Below, in pieces: positions 22,371 through 35,855 of a stretch of 64,000 bases of DNA. Each line of letters starts with the position of its first letter. Position 1 is the first letter of the stretch. The notes under the pieces are model-generated. The model saw nothing but the letters and a program-made list of their open reading frames with translations. It did not search any database and was not told where the DNA came from. Source of the DNA: Malacoraja senta (lineage: Eukaryota); the NCBI GenBank assembly GCA_038087875.1, contig JAXLNO010000385.1:1364001-1428000 (forward strand), written 5' to 3'. Made by a program: the position numbers and the translations under genes.

Positions 22371-24480
22371 AGCTCCACCTTCAACACCACAATGCCATCC
22401 AAACTGATCTCCAAGCTGCAGGACCTATAAATCAGCTCCACCCTCTACCACTGGATCTGCAACTTTCTGACCCTTCCAATCGGTGAAGATAGGTGACAGC
22501 ATCTCATCCGCAATAATCCTCAACACTGGTTTAATTCCATCTACAAGTCTGCAAATGACAACACTGTGGTGGGATGAATCACGACCAATAACGGGATGGA
22601 GTGCAGGAAGGATGTGTCATAAGGTCATCAGTGATAGCAGTAGAATTAGGCCATTCGGCCCATCAAGTCTACTCCACCATTCAATCAAGACTGATCTATC
22701 TCTCCATCCTTGCCCCATTCTCCAGCCTTCACCCCTTAACCTCCGATACCTGTAGAAGTCAAGAATCGATCTATCTCTGCTTTAGTAATATCCACAACCC
22801 CCGTAACCAAGTACTTTAGTTCTGTCTTCACAAAGAATAAAGCCTTCATTGCGAGAGAATTTGAGTTTAGGAACAAGGAGGTTCTACTGCAGTCGCACAG
22901 GGCCCGGTGAGACTGCACCTGGAGAATGTGTGCAATTTTAGTCTCCTAATTTGAGGAAGGACATTCTTGCTATGGAGGGAGTGCAGCGTGGGTTCACCAG
23001 GTTAATTCCCGGGATGGCGGGACTAACATATGATGAAAGAATGGGTCGACTGTTCTTGCATTCGCTGGAGGTTAGAACGATGATAGGGGATCTTATACTG
23101 TAAACATATAAAATTCTTAGAGGATTGGACAGGCTAGATGCAGGAAAAATGTTCCGATGTTTGGGGAGTCCAGAACCTGGGGTCACAGTTTAAGAATAAG
23201 GGGTAGGCCATTTAGGACAGTGATGAGGAGAAACATTTTCTCCCAGAGAGTTGTGAATGTGTGGAATTCTCTGCCACAGATGGCAGTGGAGGCCAATTCA
23301 CCAAATGTTTTCAAGACAGAATTAGATTTTGCTCTTTGGGCTAAGGAATCAAGGAATATGGGGGAAAAGCCATAACAGTGGACTGATGTTGGAGGATCAG
23401 CCATGATCATATTGAATGGCGGTGCTGGGTCGAATGGCCCAATTGTTGGGGTCCAGTTGCGAACTAGTATCAACATTATTAACATATTAATTATCCTCAT
23501 TTCTGAACCTGAACTATATGCCATTGTATACTGAGAGCCTCCCTCGTATTCCACAACCCCAGATGTAAAACAGGTTCATTTAATTCTGTCTTCACCAAGG
23601 GACACACAAGCAATCTCCCATAAAAACTAGGGGACCAAGGATCTACCGGGAAGGAGGAACTGAAGAAAATCGACATTAGTCCACCAGGAAATGGTGTTAT
23701 GCAAACTGTTGTGACTGAATGCAGATAAATCCCCAGGGCCTGATGATCTGCATCCCAGAGTACTCAAGGAGTGGTCCGAGAAATCGTGGATGCATCAGTG
23801 ATTATTTCCCAATGTTCTATAGACTCTGGATCAGTTCTTCTGGAATTTGTTGAGCTTGTAACAAGTAGAATGGATGAGGGAGAGCCAGTGGATGTGGTGG
23901 ATCTAGACTTTCAAAAAGCCTTTGACAAGGTCCCACACAAGAGATTAGTGTGCAAAACTAGAACACATGGTATTGGGACAAGGGTATTGACATGGATACA
24001 AAACTGATTGGCAGACAGGAAGCAAAGAGTAGGAAAGAACGCGTCCTTTTCAGAATGGCAGGCAGGAACTAGTGGGGTGCCGAAAGACTTAGTGCTGGGA
24101 CCCCAGATACTTATAATATTTATTGACGATTTAGACGAAGGAATTACAACTGGGCTGGCGGGCAGGTCGATGACAGAGCACATGAGTGATGACGGAACCG
24201 GTGATTCCAGTGGTGTGCAAATGTTCAAGAGAACAACAGGGAAACAGGCCCTTCGGCCCGATTCATCCATGCAGATCGAGATGCCTATGAGGCATGATGT
24301 CCATGATGTGAATGAGATTACAAGTGATCTCATTCACGTGTATTTGTCTCATATCCCTCCATTCCTATCCGAGACAAACGGCTGTCCAAATGCTGTTTAT
24401 TTGCTTTGACGGTATCTGCCCCCAACACCACATGAAGAGATTGCTCCACCTTTGGTGTAGAATACCTGCCTGCCCATCAG

Positions 24481-25691
24481 AAGTAGTGTACCTGGGCTTT
24501 CAGAAAGCATTTGATATGGTCCCACATAGGAGATTAGTGTACAAAATTAGGGCACATGGCATTGGGGGTAGAGTGCTGACATGGATAGAGGAGTGGTTGG
24601 CAGACAGGAAACAAAGTAGGGATTAACGGGTCGGTTTCACAATGGCAGGCGGTGATTAGTGGGGTACCGCAAGGTTCGGTGCTGGGACTACAGCTATTTA
24701 CAATATAAATCAATGATTTGGATGAAGGGATTCAAAGTGACATTAGCAAATTTGCAGATGACACAAAGCTGGGTGGCAGTTTGAAATGTGAAGAGGATGC
24801 TATGAGAATGTAGGGTGACTTGGACAGTTTGGGGGAGTGGGCAGATGCATGGCAGATGAAGTTTAATGTGGATAAATGTGAGGTTATCCACTTTGGTAGC
24901 AAAAACAGGAAGGCAGATTACTATCTAAATGGCGTCAAGTTGGGAAAAGGGGAAGTACAACGGGATCTGGGGGTCCTTGTACATCAGTCTATGAAAGTAA
25001 GCATGCAGGTACAGCAGGCAGTGAAGAAAGCGAATGGCATGTTGGCCTTTATAACAAGAGGAATCGAATATAGGAGCAAAGAGGTCCTTCTGCAGTTGTA
25101 TAGAGCCCTAGTGAGACGACACCTGGAGTATTGTGTGCAGATGTGGTCCCCTAATTTGAGGAAGGACATTCTTCCTATTGAGGGAGTGCAGCGTAGGTTT
25201 ACAAGGTTAATTCCAGGGATGGCGGAACTGTCACATGCTGAGAGAATGGAGCAGCTGGGCTTGTACACTCTGGAGTTTAGAAGGATGAGAATATATCTCT
25301 TTGAAACAATCATCTTATATGATTGTTAAGGGCTTGGACACACTAGAGGCAGGAAACATGTTCCCGATGTTGGGGGATCCCAGAACAAGGGGCCACAGTT
25401 TAATAATAAGGAGCAAGCCAATTAGAATGGAGACGAGGAAACACTTTTTCTCACAGAGAGTGGTGAGTCTGTGGAATTCTCTGCCTCAGAGGGTGGTGGA
25501 GGCAGTTTCTCTGGATGCTTTCAAGAAAGAGGGCTCTTAAAAATAGCGGAGTCAGGGGATATGGGGAGAAGGCAGGAACGGGGTACTGATTGGGAATGAT
25601 TTAGCCATGATCACATTGAATGGCGGTGCTGGCTCGAAGGGCCAAATGGCCTACTCCTGCACCTATTGTCTATTGTCTATTGTCTATTGTC
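24481..25691 (+). mobile_element. 5'-truncated CR1 insertion present only in unit 2
   Basis: ORFs 24820-25329 and 25301-25540; (ATTGTCT)n tail. Empty site gcccatcagtattccc at ~12792 in unit 1. Confidence 0.93.
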
Positions 25692-28600
25692 TATTCCCCT
25701 AAATCTTTCCCCTTTCCAATAAACTAGTTGTGTGGGTTTAGATTCTCCCAGCCTGGGAAATAACTGTCACCATCTACTCAATCCTGCTGTAGTTGACATA
25801 ATTTCACAAGCCTCTGTAAGGTCACCCCTCAGTATTCTTGCTCTAAAGGGACCAATCCCACCCGATCCAATCTGTCTTCTAAACTAACGCTGTCCATTCC
25901 AGATAACATCCTTGTGAATCTGTTCCGCACTGCCTCTGGCAATAGGACATCATTTCCATAATATGGTGACCAGAACTATACAAAAGGGCCTGGCAGATAT
26001 TTGAAGTACAACTGAGGAGTGCAGTGCTACACATGGAGGAACAGTGAAGTCTTGATTTTTCTTTATTTGGATGTTCAGCTGTAGTGCAAGTGTGTTGAGA
26101 ATCAGACACAGATGGGAAGTGCCACCGTCAATCAGTCAGTGAGTCCAGAGTTGTCAGTACCGATGAGCTGTAACCAAGGAGAAAATGTGAATTAAGTGTA
26201 AAACAGAGGGAGCTAGGACGACAGCAGGTACATAGTGGTTTACAAATAACACCACAGGTAGATACGTTGGTCAAAATGGCTTTCGGCACATTAGCCTTCA
26301 CCTGTCAGAGCATTGAGTATAGACACTGGGAGGCCACTTTACAGTTGTATAAGACGCTCGTCAGGCCACATTTAGAGTATTGTGTTCAGTTTTAGGCACA
26401 TTTGTATGGGGAAATGGTGTCAAGCTGGAAAGGGATCGGAGAATGTGTAGGAAAGAAGTACAGATCTGGTTTTAATCGAAGGTAGGCACAAAATACTGGA
26501 GTAACTCAGCGGGTCAGTATGTAGAAGGGTCTCGACCCGAAACGTCACCCATTCCTTCTCACCAGAGATGCTGCCTGACCCACCCACTGAGTTACTCCAG
26601 CATTTTGTGTCTGAGGGCGTAGAGAAGATTTACGAGGATGTTGCCAGGACACGAGGGCCTGACCTAGAGGGAGAGGTAAAAACGTTGATAATTTATTTCA
26701 AATGTTGGACTTTAAAGGGTTAACGCAGGTTCAGTATCCATAATTAATCTCATCTGTAATGAGCACTAATTCCATCTTGCTGCTCTATCTATCCACGCTG
26801 GTAAACACGGCAGGTGTAGATGTATTCATTTGTTATTTTCATCTTAATTAACAGTAGTTTAGTGCCTCTCTCTCTCTCCGGCATTCAATGTAAAGAATAA
26901 CACATAATGCTGAAAATTAAAATGTAGCCTCATATCTGAGAAAGGGGGAGTTGGGGTAACTGTGATGCTGTGCCCTTCAACCCCAGTGGGTATATTAGTT
27001 CCAGCCCGTGGGTGAACACTAGCTGTGGCTGTGTTCAATCTGCAGTTTATTTTGTAGTCAACTACTTCAGACCAGTCGACAGGTAGATGTGAATTCAAAC
27101 CCACAGACCACACAGCAAGGTCGGTCTGCTGAGAGTAAATGTACATCAGAATTCCCTTATATTCTTCCCGCTAGATCCATCTCATAATCATATAAACCTC
27201 TATAAGATCACCCTTCTTCCTCCTCCCTGTGCTTCAAGGCTTAGGGTCCTGCCCACTCAACCACTCCCCACAGGCCAGATCCTGGCTGCTGCATCCTTGT
27301 AAAATGTATCTGTAAAGTTTCTAGTTTGGCAACATCTTTCCAATAACACAGTACCCTGAACTGAACACAATACTCCAAATGTGGCTTCACTAAGGCCTAA
27401 TACAACTCCAACATGACATCCCAATCTCTACACTCAATACTCTGCCAGGTAAAGGCCAATGTGCCAAAAGCCTTTTTGACCATCCGATCTACAGCAACTG
27501 TGATTCCACCTTCAAGGAACGGTGCATCTGCACTCCAAGATCCCTCTGCTCTACAATTGTACCTCTTGCCCTACCATTCACTGTGTAGATCCTCCGCATG
27601 TTAGACTTCCCAAAATGCAATACCTTCACAATTCTCTGCATTAAATTCCACCAATCATTCCCCAGCACACTTCGCCAATCGATCAAGATCCTACTGCAAT
27701 TAATCACAACCATCTTCACTGTCTGCAAAACCACCCACTTTTGTATCATCTGCAAACTTGCTAAACATGCTCTGTAATTTCTCATCCAAATCATTGATGT
27801 AGATGACAAACAGTAACGGGCCCAGCACCGAACAATGAGACACACCACTAGTCACAGGCCTCCAGTCTGAGAAGCACCCTTCCTTCCACCATCACCCTCT
27901 GCTTCCTTCCCTGAAGCCAAATTTCAATCCATTCAGCTATCTCTCCTTGTAACTATATAAAGATACGAACTAAAAAGTACTACGGCAAACTTTAAGGAAC
28001 ATTTAGACAGGTGCATGGACAGACAGACAGACAGGCCATTTATAGGAATATGGGGATGGGACATATTGGACGGTGTGGGCAGGCAGGCAGGCAGGCTGGG
28101 CTGAAGATGCTGTGAGACTCTATGTCTCTATCGCTCTATAACTGGAGGGTGTGTGTGTGTACACAAATAGTGTAGTAAGATATTCCTCATTTGGCCATGG
28201 ATCTCTGTGCTGGGATTGTAGAACAGATTCCTTTTAAGACAAACCCGGTTAATCACACTTTTTAACATTATTATTACAGCAGTTTGTCCAATGGTCACAT
28301 ATGGATAGGTAACCTGCAAACATGTCAAATCTTCTACAGTGGGTCAGTACAAGGAAAATGTTGTCAGTGTTGCTACTGGTGAAAATATATCTGGGTAGTG
28401 TACGACGGAACTGAGAACAGGTTGTTATTTCAAATGTTTGACTATAAAGGGTTAAAATGGTTTCATCTTAATTAACAGGGGTTAGAAATACTAATTGTCT
28501 CTACGGGATACAATGGAAAGAAAAAACACATAATGTGGAAAATTAAAGTTCAGAACTGAGAAGGGAGTAGTTAAGTAACGGTGCTGTATCCTTTGTCCAG

Positions 28601-29219
28601 TGGGAATATTAGTTCCAGCCGGTGAACACTAGCTGTGGGTCTGTTCAATCTGCAGTTTATTTTATCGAGAACTACGTCAGACCAGTTGACAGGTAGATGT
28701 GACTTCAAACCCACAGATCAGAAAACAAGGTCGGTCTGAGTGTAAATAACCAACTCATCAGCGGTTCAGAGTCCACACAGCGGTACAGCGAAAGCTGCCA
28801 AACACACACGCAGACTTTATTGATGTGCTTGTTTATCAAGTAATTCAAGAGAGCATATCTCCCATCATGCAGTGTAATGCTGGTACCGGTAGAAAGTGAA
28901 ATCCACCCTTCAATGAGCAGCAGGGACTGTTATTAAAAATGACCAATTTATTCCTCTTGGCAGATGTTTTCCTCTTAATCTGTATCTTTGAGAAATGTGG
29001 ACACCTGTTAATGTTTCATTCATCTGATTCAAGGCGAGAGTTTAGTGGTGACAAAATATCCAAACAGTTGTCAGGTCACCGTTTAAAATCAGTTTATTTG
29101 TAAGTGCTGTACCTGGCGCAAACTTCACACACAGGTTTACCATGTTTCATAGAGAGGGACAGTGCACTTTAGTTCATCTGAACTATTCCCAATGGCCGGC
29201 ATTTGATAAGCAGTGACAT

Positions 29220-29333
29220 GAGGAGAGAGAGAGAAGAGGGAGAGAGAGAGGGGGGAGAGGGAGGGGAAAGGGAGAGGGAGATGGTGGAGATAGAGAGAGG
29301 GTGGGGGTGAGAGAGAGAGAGAGAGAGAGAGAG
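29220..29333. repeat. GA-rich simple repeat
   Basis: (GA)n and GGAGA runs. Confidence 0.9.
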
Positions 29334-29390
29334 GAACCCGGGTGTCTGGCGCTGTGAGGCAGCAACTCTACCGCTACACCAACGTGCCGC
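29334..29390 (-). mobile_element. tRNA-derived SINE head (HE1/V-SINE-like), truncated
   Basis: Reverse complement gcggcacgttggtgtagcggtagagttgctgcctcacagcgccagacacccgggttc contains an A-box (TGGTGTAGCGG) and the start of a B-box (GGGTTC). Confidence 0.7.
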
Positions 29391-29419
29391 ACTAGTGTGT
29401 GAACGGGCGATCGCTGGTC

Positions 29420-30670
29420 ACAGGTTCTAGGAGCAGAATTAGGCCATTCGGCCCATCGTCAACTCCGCAATTCAATCATAGCTGATCTATCTCTCCCTCC
29501 TAACCCCATTCTCCTGCATTCTCCCCATAACCCCTGACACCCGTACTAATCAACAATCTATCTATCACTGCCCTAAAGTTATCCACTGACTTGTGGCCTC
29601 CACCGTCGTCTGTGGCAACGAATCCCACAGATTCACCACCCTCTGGCTAAAGAAATTCGTTCTAATCTCCTTCCTAAAGAAACTTCCTTTAATTCTGAGG
29701 CTGTTCCCTCTGGTCCTAGACTCTCCCACTATTTGAAACATCCTCTTCACATTGACTCTATCCAGGCCTTCCAATATTCAGTGAAGTTTTAATGAGGTCC
29801 CCCCCACCCCTCGTTCTTCTAAACTCCAGCGAGTACAGGCCCAGTGCCGACAAACGCTCATCGTACATTAACCCACTCATTCCTGTGATCGTTCTGGTAA
29901 ACCTCCTCGGGACCCTCTCCAGAGCCGGCACATCCTTCCTCAGATACAGGGCCCAAAACTGCTCGACAAGACTCCAAATACGGCCTGACCAGCGCCTTGT
30001 GCAGCCTCGACATTTACGGCCTTGTTTTGTATACAAGCCCTGTGGAAATTTGGTGGCAAGAACAGGAAGGCAGATTATTATCTGAATGATGTCAAGTTGG
30101 GAAAAGAGGAAGTATAACGAGATCTGGGTGTCTTTGTTCATCAGTCACATCATCAAGCAAGCAGGTACAGCAGGCAGTGAAGGAAGCTAATGGCATGTTG
30201 GCCTAAAGAAATTCCTCCTCATCTCCTTCCTGAAGGAACGTACTTTAATTCTGAGGCTGTGACCTCTGGTCCTGGCCTCTCCCACTAGTGGAAACATCCT
30301 CACCACATCCACTCTATCCAGGCCTTTCACTATTCGGTGAATTTTCAATGAGGTGCCCCTCCCCTCGTTCTTATAAACTCCAGCGAGTACAGGCCCAGTG
30401 CCGACAAACGCTCATTGTAGATTATTCATTCTTCCAGTTCCAAACTAAACTCATTTTTGTTCCATTTCAGAAAATGGTTTGTGAAAGAGATATTGATAAG
30501 GCAGAGATACCTGTAGATAGATTATTGATTAGTCCGGGTGCCCGGGGTTATGGGGAGAAGGCAAGAGAATGTGGTTAGGAGGGGGAGATGGATCAGCCAT
30601 GATTCAATAGCGGCGTGGACTCGATGGGCCAAATGGCCTAATTCTGCTCCGAGAACTTGTGACCTCATGA
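29420..30670. mobile_element. Cluster of old CR1 3' fragments in both orientations
   Basis: ORFs 29565-29774 and 29758-30141 (ESRTRG, FFSQRVVNLW, LGLYSLEFRR). Confidence 0.85.
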
Positions 30671-31019
30671 ATAAATTATTTCTCTATTTGATTTTCTTTT
30701 AATTATATAATCAACTTTTTTCTTTCCAATAACTAAAGTAAACTTTTTATCTCTAATTACTAAAACAAATTACTAACATAAATTTACATTTTTATTTGAA
30801 CAATAAACGTTTTAAATTTTAAAAATAAATTCTTTTTCTGGAATTTCTTAAATAAACTTTTTTTGTATATTACTGATATAAACTTTTGTCTCTCGAATTA
30901 TTAAAACAAACTTTCTTCTCTACAATTACTAACATTGAACGAGCTGCTGGAGGAGGTATTTAACACAGCGACTTTTTAAGGTGAATAGGTGGAGGAGGAT
31001 GTTGTGGTACACACACTCT

Positions 31020-31219
31020 AACCCCTCTCTTCCCCCCTCCTCTCTCTCCCTTCTCTCTCTGCCCCTATCTATCTCCCTTCTCTCTCTCTGCCCCCTCTCT
31101 CCCCTATCTCTCTGCCCGCTCACACACACACACTCACACACACACACATTCACACATTCACATACACATTCACACACACATTCACACACACACACATTCA
31201 CACACACACACATTCACAC

Positions 31220-31253
<34 letters not shown>
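31020..31253. repeat. CT-rich tract followed by (CA)n/CACATT microsatellite; left remnant of the large CA array
   Basis: Same cacacattcacac pattern as 35856-49975. Confidence 0.9.
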
Positions 31254-31254
<1 letters not shown>

Positions 31255-31357
31255 GATACATAGATACATAGATACATAGAAAATAGGTGCAGGAGTAGGC
31301 CATTCGGCCCTTCGAGCCTGCACCGCCATTCAATATGATCATGGCTGATCATCCAAC

Positions 31358-34200
31358 TCAGTATCCCGTACCTGCCTTCTCTCCATACCCCCTGATCCCT
31401 TTAGCCACAAGGGCCACATCTAACTCCCTCTTAAATATAGCCAATGAACTGGCCTCAACTACCCTCTGTGGCAGAGAGTTCCAGAGATTCACCACTCTCT
31501 GTGTGAAAAAGCTTTTCCTCATCTCGGTCTTAAAGGATTTCCCCCTTATCCTTAAGCTGTGACCCCTTGTCCTGGACTTCCCCAACATCGGGAACAATCT
31601 TCCTGCATCTAGCCTGTCCAACCCCATAAGAATTTTGTACGTTTCTATAAGATCCCCTCTCAATCTCCTAAATTCTAGCGAGTATAAGCCAAGTCTATCC
31701 AGTCTTTCTTCATATGAAAGTCCTGACATCCCAGGAATCAGTCTGGTGAACCTTCTCTGCACTCCCTCTATGGCTATAATGTCCTTCCTCAGATTTGGAG
31801 ACCAAAACTGTACGCAATACTCCAGGTGTGGTCTCACCAAGACCCTGTACAACTGCAGTAGAACCTCCCTGCTCCTATACTCAAATCCTCTTGCTATGAA
31901 GGCCAACATACCATTCGCTTTCTTCACTGCCTGCTGCACCTGCATGCCTACTTTCAATGACTGGTGTACCATGACACCCAGGTCTCGCTGCACCTCCCCA
32001 TTTCCTAATCGGCCACCATTTAGATAATAGTCTGCCTTCCCGTTTTTGCCACCAAAGTGGATAACCTCACATTTATCCACATTATACTGCATCTGCCAAA
32101 CATTTGCCCACTCACCCAGCCTATCCAAGTCACCTTGCAGTCTCCTAGCATCCTCCTCACAGCTAACACTGCCCCCCAGCTTAGTGTCATCCGCAAACTT
32201 GGAGATGTTGCTTTCAATTCCCTCGTCCAGATCATTAATATAAATTGTAAATAGCTGGGGTCCCAGCACTGAGCCTTGCGGTACCCCACTAGTCACTGCC
32301 TGCCATTGTGAAAAGGACCCGTTTACTCCTACTCTTTGCTTCCTGTTTGCCAGCCAGTTTTCTATCCACATCAATACTGAACCCCCAATACCGTGTGATT
32401 TAAGTTTGTATCCTAATCTCTTATGTGGTACCTTGTCGAAAGCCTTCTGAAAGTCCAGATACAACACATCCACTGGTTCTCCCCTATCCACTCTACTAGT
32501 TACATCCTCGAAAAATTCTATAAGATTCGTCAGACACGATTTACCTTTCGTAAATCCATGCTGACTTTGTCCAATGATTTCACCACTTTCCAAATGTGCT
32601 GCTATCCCATCTTTAATAACTGACTCTAGCAGTTTCCCCACTACCGATGTTAGACTAACTGGTCTGTAATTCCCCGTTTTCTCTCTCCCTCCCTTCTTAA
32701 AAAGTGGGGTTACGTTTGCTACCCTCCAATCCTCAGGAACTACTCCAGAATCTAAAGAATTTTGAAAAATTATCACTAATGCATCCACTATTTCTGGAGC
32801 TACTTCCTTAAGTACTCTGGGATGCAGCCTATCTGGCCCTGGTGATTTATCGGCCTTTAATCCATTCAATTTACCCAACACCACTTCCCGACTAACCTGG
32901 ATTTCACTCAGTTCCTCCATCTCCTTTGATCCGCGGCCCCCTGCTATTTCCGGCAGATTATTTATGTCTTCCTTAGTGAAGACGGAACCAAAGTAGTTAT
33001 TCAATTGGTCCGCCATATCCTTGTTCCCCATGATCAATTCACCTGTTTCTGACTGCAAGGGACCTACATTTGTTTTAACTAATCTCTTTATCTTCACATA
33101 TCTATAAAAACTTTTGCAGTCAGTTTTTATGTTCCCTGCCAGTTTCCTTTCATAATCTATTTTCCCTTTCCTAATTAAGCCCTTTGTCCTCCTCTGCTGA
33201 TCTCTGAATTTCTCCCAGTCCTCTGGTATGCTGCTTTTTCTGCCTAATTTGTACGCAACATCTTTTGCTTTGATACTATCCCTGATTTCCCTTGTTATCC
33301 ACGGATGCACTACCTTCCCTGATTTATTCTTTTGCCAAACTGGGATGAACATTTTTTGTAGTTCATCCATGCAGTCTTTAAATGCCTTCCATTGCATATC
33401 CACCGTCAACCCTTTTAGAACTAATTGCCAGTCAATCTTGGCCAATTCACGTCTCATACCCTCAAAGTTACCTTTCTTTAAGTTCAGAACCGTTGTTTCT
33501 GAATTAACAATGTCACTCTCCATCCTAATGAAGAACTCAACCATATTATGGTCACTCTTGCCCAAGGGGGGACGCACAACAAGTCTGCTAACTAACCCTT
33601 CCTCATTACTCAATACCCAGTCTAGAATAGCCTGCTCTCTCGTTGGTTCCTCTACATGTTGGTTTAGATAACTATCCCTCATACATTCCAAGAAATCCTC
33701 TTCCTCAGCACCCCTGCCAATTTGATTCACCCAATCTATATGTAGATTGAAGTCACCCATTATAACTGTTTTGCCTTTGTTGCACGCATTTCTAATTTCC
33801 TGTTTGATGCCATCCCCAACTTCACTACTACTGCTAGGTGGCCTGTACACAACACCCACCAGCGTTTTCTGCCCCTTAGTGTTTCGTAGCTCTACCCATA
33901 CCGATTCCACATCCTCCAAGCTAATGTCCTTCCTTTCCACTGCGTTAATCTCCTCTCTAACCAGCAACGCTACCCCACCTCCTTTTCCTTTCTCTCTATC
34001 CCTCCTGAATATTGAATATCCCTGGATGTTCAGCTCCCAGCCTTGGTCACCCTGGAGCTATGTCTCCGTGATCCCAACTATATCATAATCATTAATTGCT
34101 ATCTGCACGTTCAACTCATCGACCTTATTACGAATGCTCCTTGCATTGAGACACAAAGCCTTCAGGCTTGTTTTTACAACGCTCTTACCCCTTATACAAT
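31358..34200 (-). pseudogene. CR1 ORF2 (APE endonuclease + RT) with one in-frame TAG at 34058-34060
   Basis: CLNARSIRNK...VGITET* is in frame with the 869-aa ORF 31358-33967 (MGDFN, KSDH, SPGPD, YRPVSLTS, QGSVLGP, FADD). TAG occupies the conserved Trp position of ETW. The exact start codon is uncertain. Confidence 0.93.
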
Positions 34201-34469
34201 TATGTTGGAAAGTGGCTCTTTTTGATTTTTGCCCTGGATTTGTCTGCCTGCCACTTTTACTTTTCACCTTGCTACCTATTGCTTCCGCCCGCATTTTGCA
34301 CCCCTCTGTTTCTCTGCTTACCCATTTAAGAACCCCACCACCTCTTATTCTCTGTTTATTATTGTTTTCTTCTTTCCCCCCTACATGTTGGGTCTGAGTG
34401 CTTTCCTTCTCTGCCTCCTGCCTCACACACTAATAGCATTCTCTATTTGAGTCCCTCCCCCCAACCATT

Positions 34470-35403
34470 CTAGTTTAAAGTCTCCCCAGTAGCCTTTGCA
34501 GATCTCCCCGCCAGGATATCGGTCCCCCTCAGGTTCAAGTGCAACCCATCCTTTTTGTACAGGTCGAACCTTCCACAAAAGAGGTCCCAATGATCCAGAA
34601 ATTTGAATCCCTGCCTTCTGCACCAGTCCTTCAGCCACGCATTTATCCTCCACCTCGCTCCATTCCTACTCTCACTGTCGCGTGGCACAGGCAGTAATCC
34701 CGAGATTGTTACCTTTGCTGTCCTTCTCTTTAACTCCCCTCCTAACTCCCTAAATTCTCCTTTCAGGACCTCTTCTCTTTTTTTACCTATGTCGTTGGTA
34801 CCTATATGTATCACGACTTCGGGCTCCTCTCCCTGCCCTTTCAGGGTGTCTTGGACACGTTGAGACACATCACAGACCCTGGCACCAGGGAGGCAAACTA
34901 CCATCCGGGTCTCCCGACTGCGTCCACAGAATCGCCTGTCTGACCCCCTAACTATAGTCCCCTATTAATATTGCCCTCCTCTTCTTTTCCTTACCCTTCT
35001 GAGCAACAGGACCGGTCTCTATACCGGAGGCCCGGCCGCTGTCGCTACCCCCAGGTAGGCTGTCCACCCCAACAGTGCTCAAACAGGAGTACTTATTGTC
35101 AAGGTGTACAGCCACCGGGGTACTCTCTAGTCCCTGCCTGTGCCCCTTGCCTCTCCCAACCGTGATCCACTTGCCTGGCTCCTGTGGTGTTGGAGTGACC
35201 ACATCCCTGTAACTCCTCTCGATGACTTCCTCGCTCTCCCTGACCAGACGGAGGTCATCGAGCTGCTGCTCCAGGTTCCTAATACGGTCCATTAGGAGCC
35301 CCATCTCGATACACCTGACGCAGATGTGAACGTCTGGAGGGCTATCAGACTCCATGACTTCCCACATCTGACATCCAGAACAGTAAACTGCCCTGGCCCT
35401 CAT
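34470..35403 (-). pseudogene. CR1 ORF1: zinc finger/leucine zipper + SGNH(GDSL)-type esterase, split by a 2-bp deletion near 34955
   Basis: CSGC-x15-HICVRC plus heptad LMDRIRNLEQQLDDL. AILIGD shifts frame into IVRGSDRRFCG..VVCLPGA..HIGTND..DGLHLN. Confidence 0.9.
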
Positions 35404-35610
35404 ACTCCCCTTACCCTGGATAGAATATAAAACAAACTGCTACAATACAAAACAAACTGCTACAATACAAAACAAACTGCTACAATACAGTACAATCAGC
35501 AGGGATCTGACTCCCAATCAGCTGCTCCCTCTTGTCTGCGTCCACCAATCAGCGGCTTCCTCAAACCCACTTGTTTTTGAAGTGGAACTTGGAACGTTAC
35601 AGATTTGGGT

Positions 35611-35855
35611 TCCTTTTTAACTCCTACCGCTCGGGTGTAGCTCCTCCCTCTGCGACCTCTCCAACGGCTCTTGGGCCTCTGTAAGGAACAAGCCCCGCGC
35701 TCCTTTTTAACTCCTTCCGGTCGTGCGTAGCTCCTCCCTCTGCGATCTCTCCAACGGCTCTTGGGCCTCTGTAAGGAACAAGCCCCGCGCTCCTTTTTAA
35801 CTCCTACCGGTCGTGTGTAGCTCCTCCCTCTGCGATCTCTCCAACGGCTCTTGGG
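35611..35855 (-). repeat. 90-bp tandem monomers (~2.7 copies) forming the CR1 5' end; putative internal promoter
   Basis: tcctttttaactcc starts at 35611, 35701 and 35791; GC/CpG-rich. A separate 20-bp x3 repeat (acaaaacaaactgctacaat) lies at ~35427-35490. Confidence 0.9.

Larger units (their letters stand above)
18586..29198 (+). repeat. Tandem segmental duplication, unit 2 (~10.6 kb)
   Basis: Directly abuts unit 1 with the same start and end landmarks; carries its own CR1 insertion and several deletions. Confidence 0.97.
31254..35855 (-). mobile_element. Near full-length CR1-clade LINE (~4.6 kb)
   Basis: 5' tandem monomers, ORF1, ORF2 (APE + RT), short 3'UTR and (ATGTATCT)n tail at 31254-31280. 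Confidence 0.97.

Noticed and set aside
29334..29390. tRNA gene
   Set aside because: A-box and partial B-box only, no complete cloverleaf; matches a SINE head.
31635..34450. Recurrent antisense or alternate-frame ORFs (e.g. MYVSIRSPLNLL..., MGYRKAQCWDP...)
   Set aside because: Shadow frames of CR1 ORF2; they recur only because the CR1 copies are near-identical.
35611..35855. CRISPR-like array
   Set aside because: Contiguous 90-bp tandem repeats without unique spacers, no cas genes, eukaryotic context.
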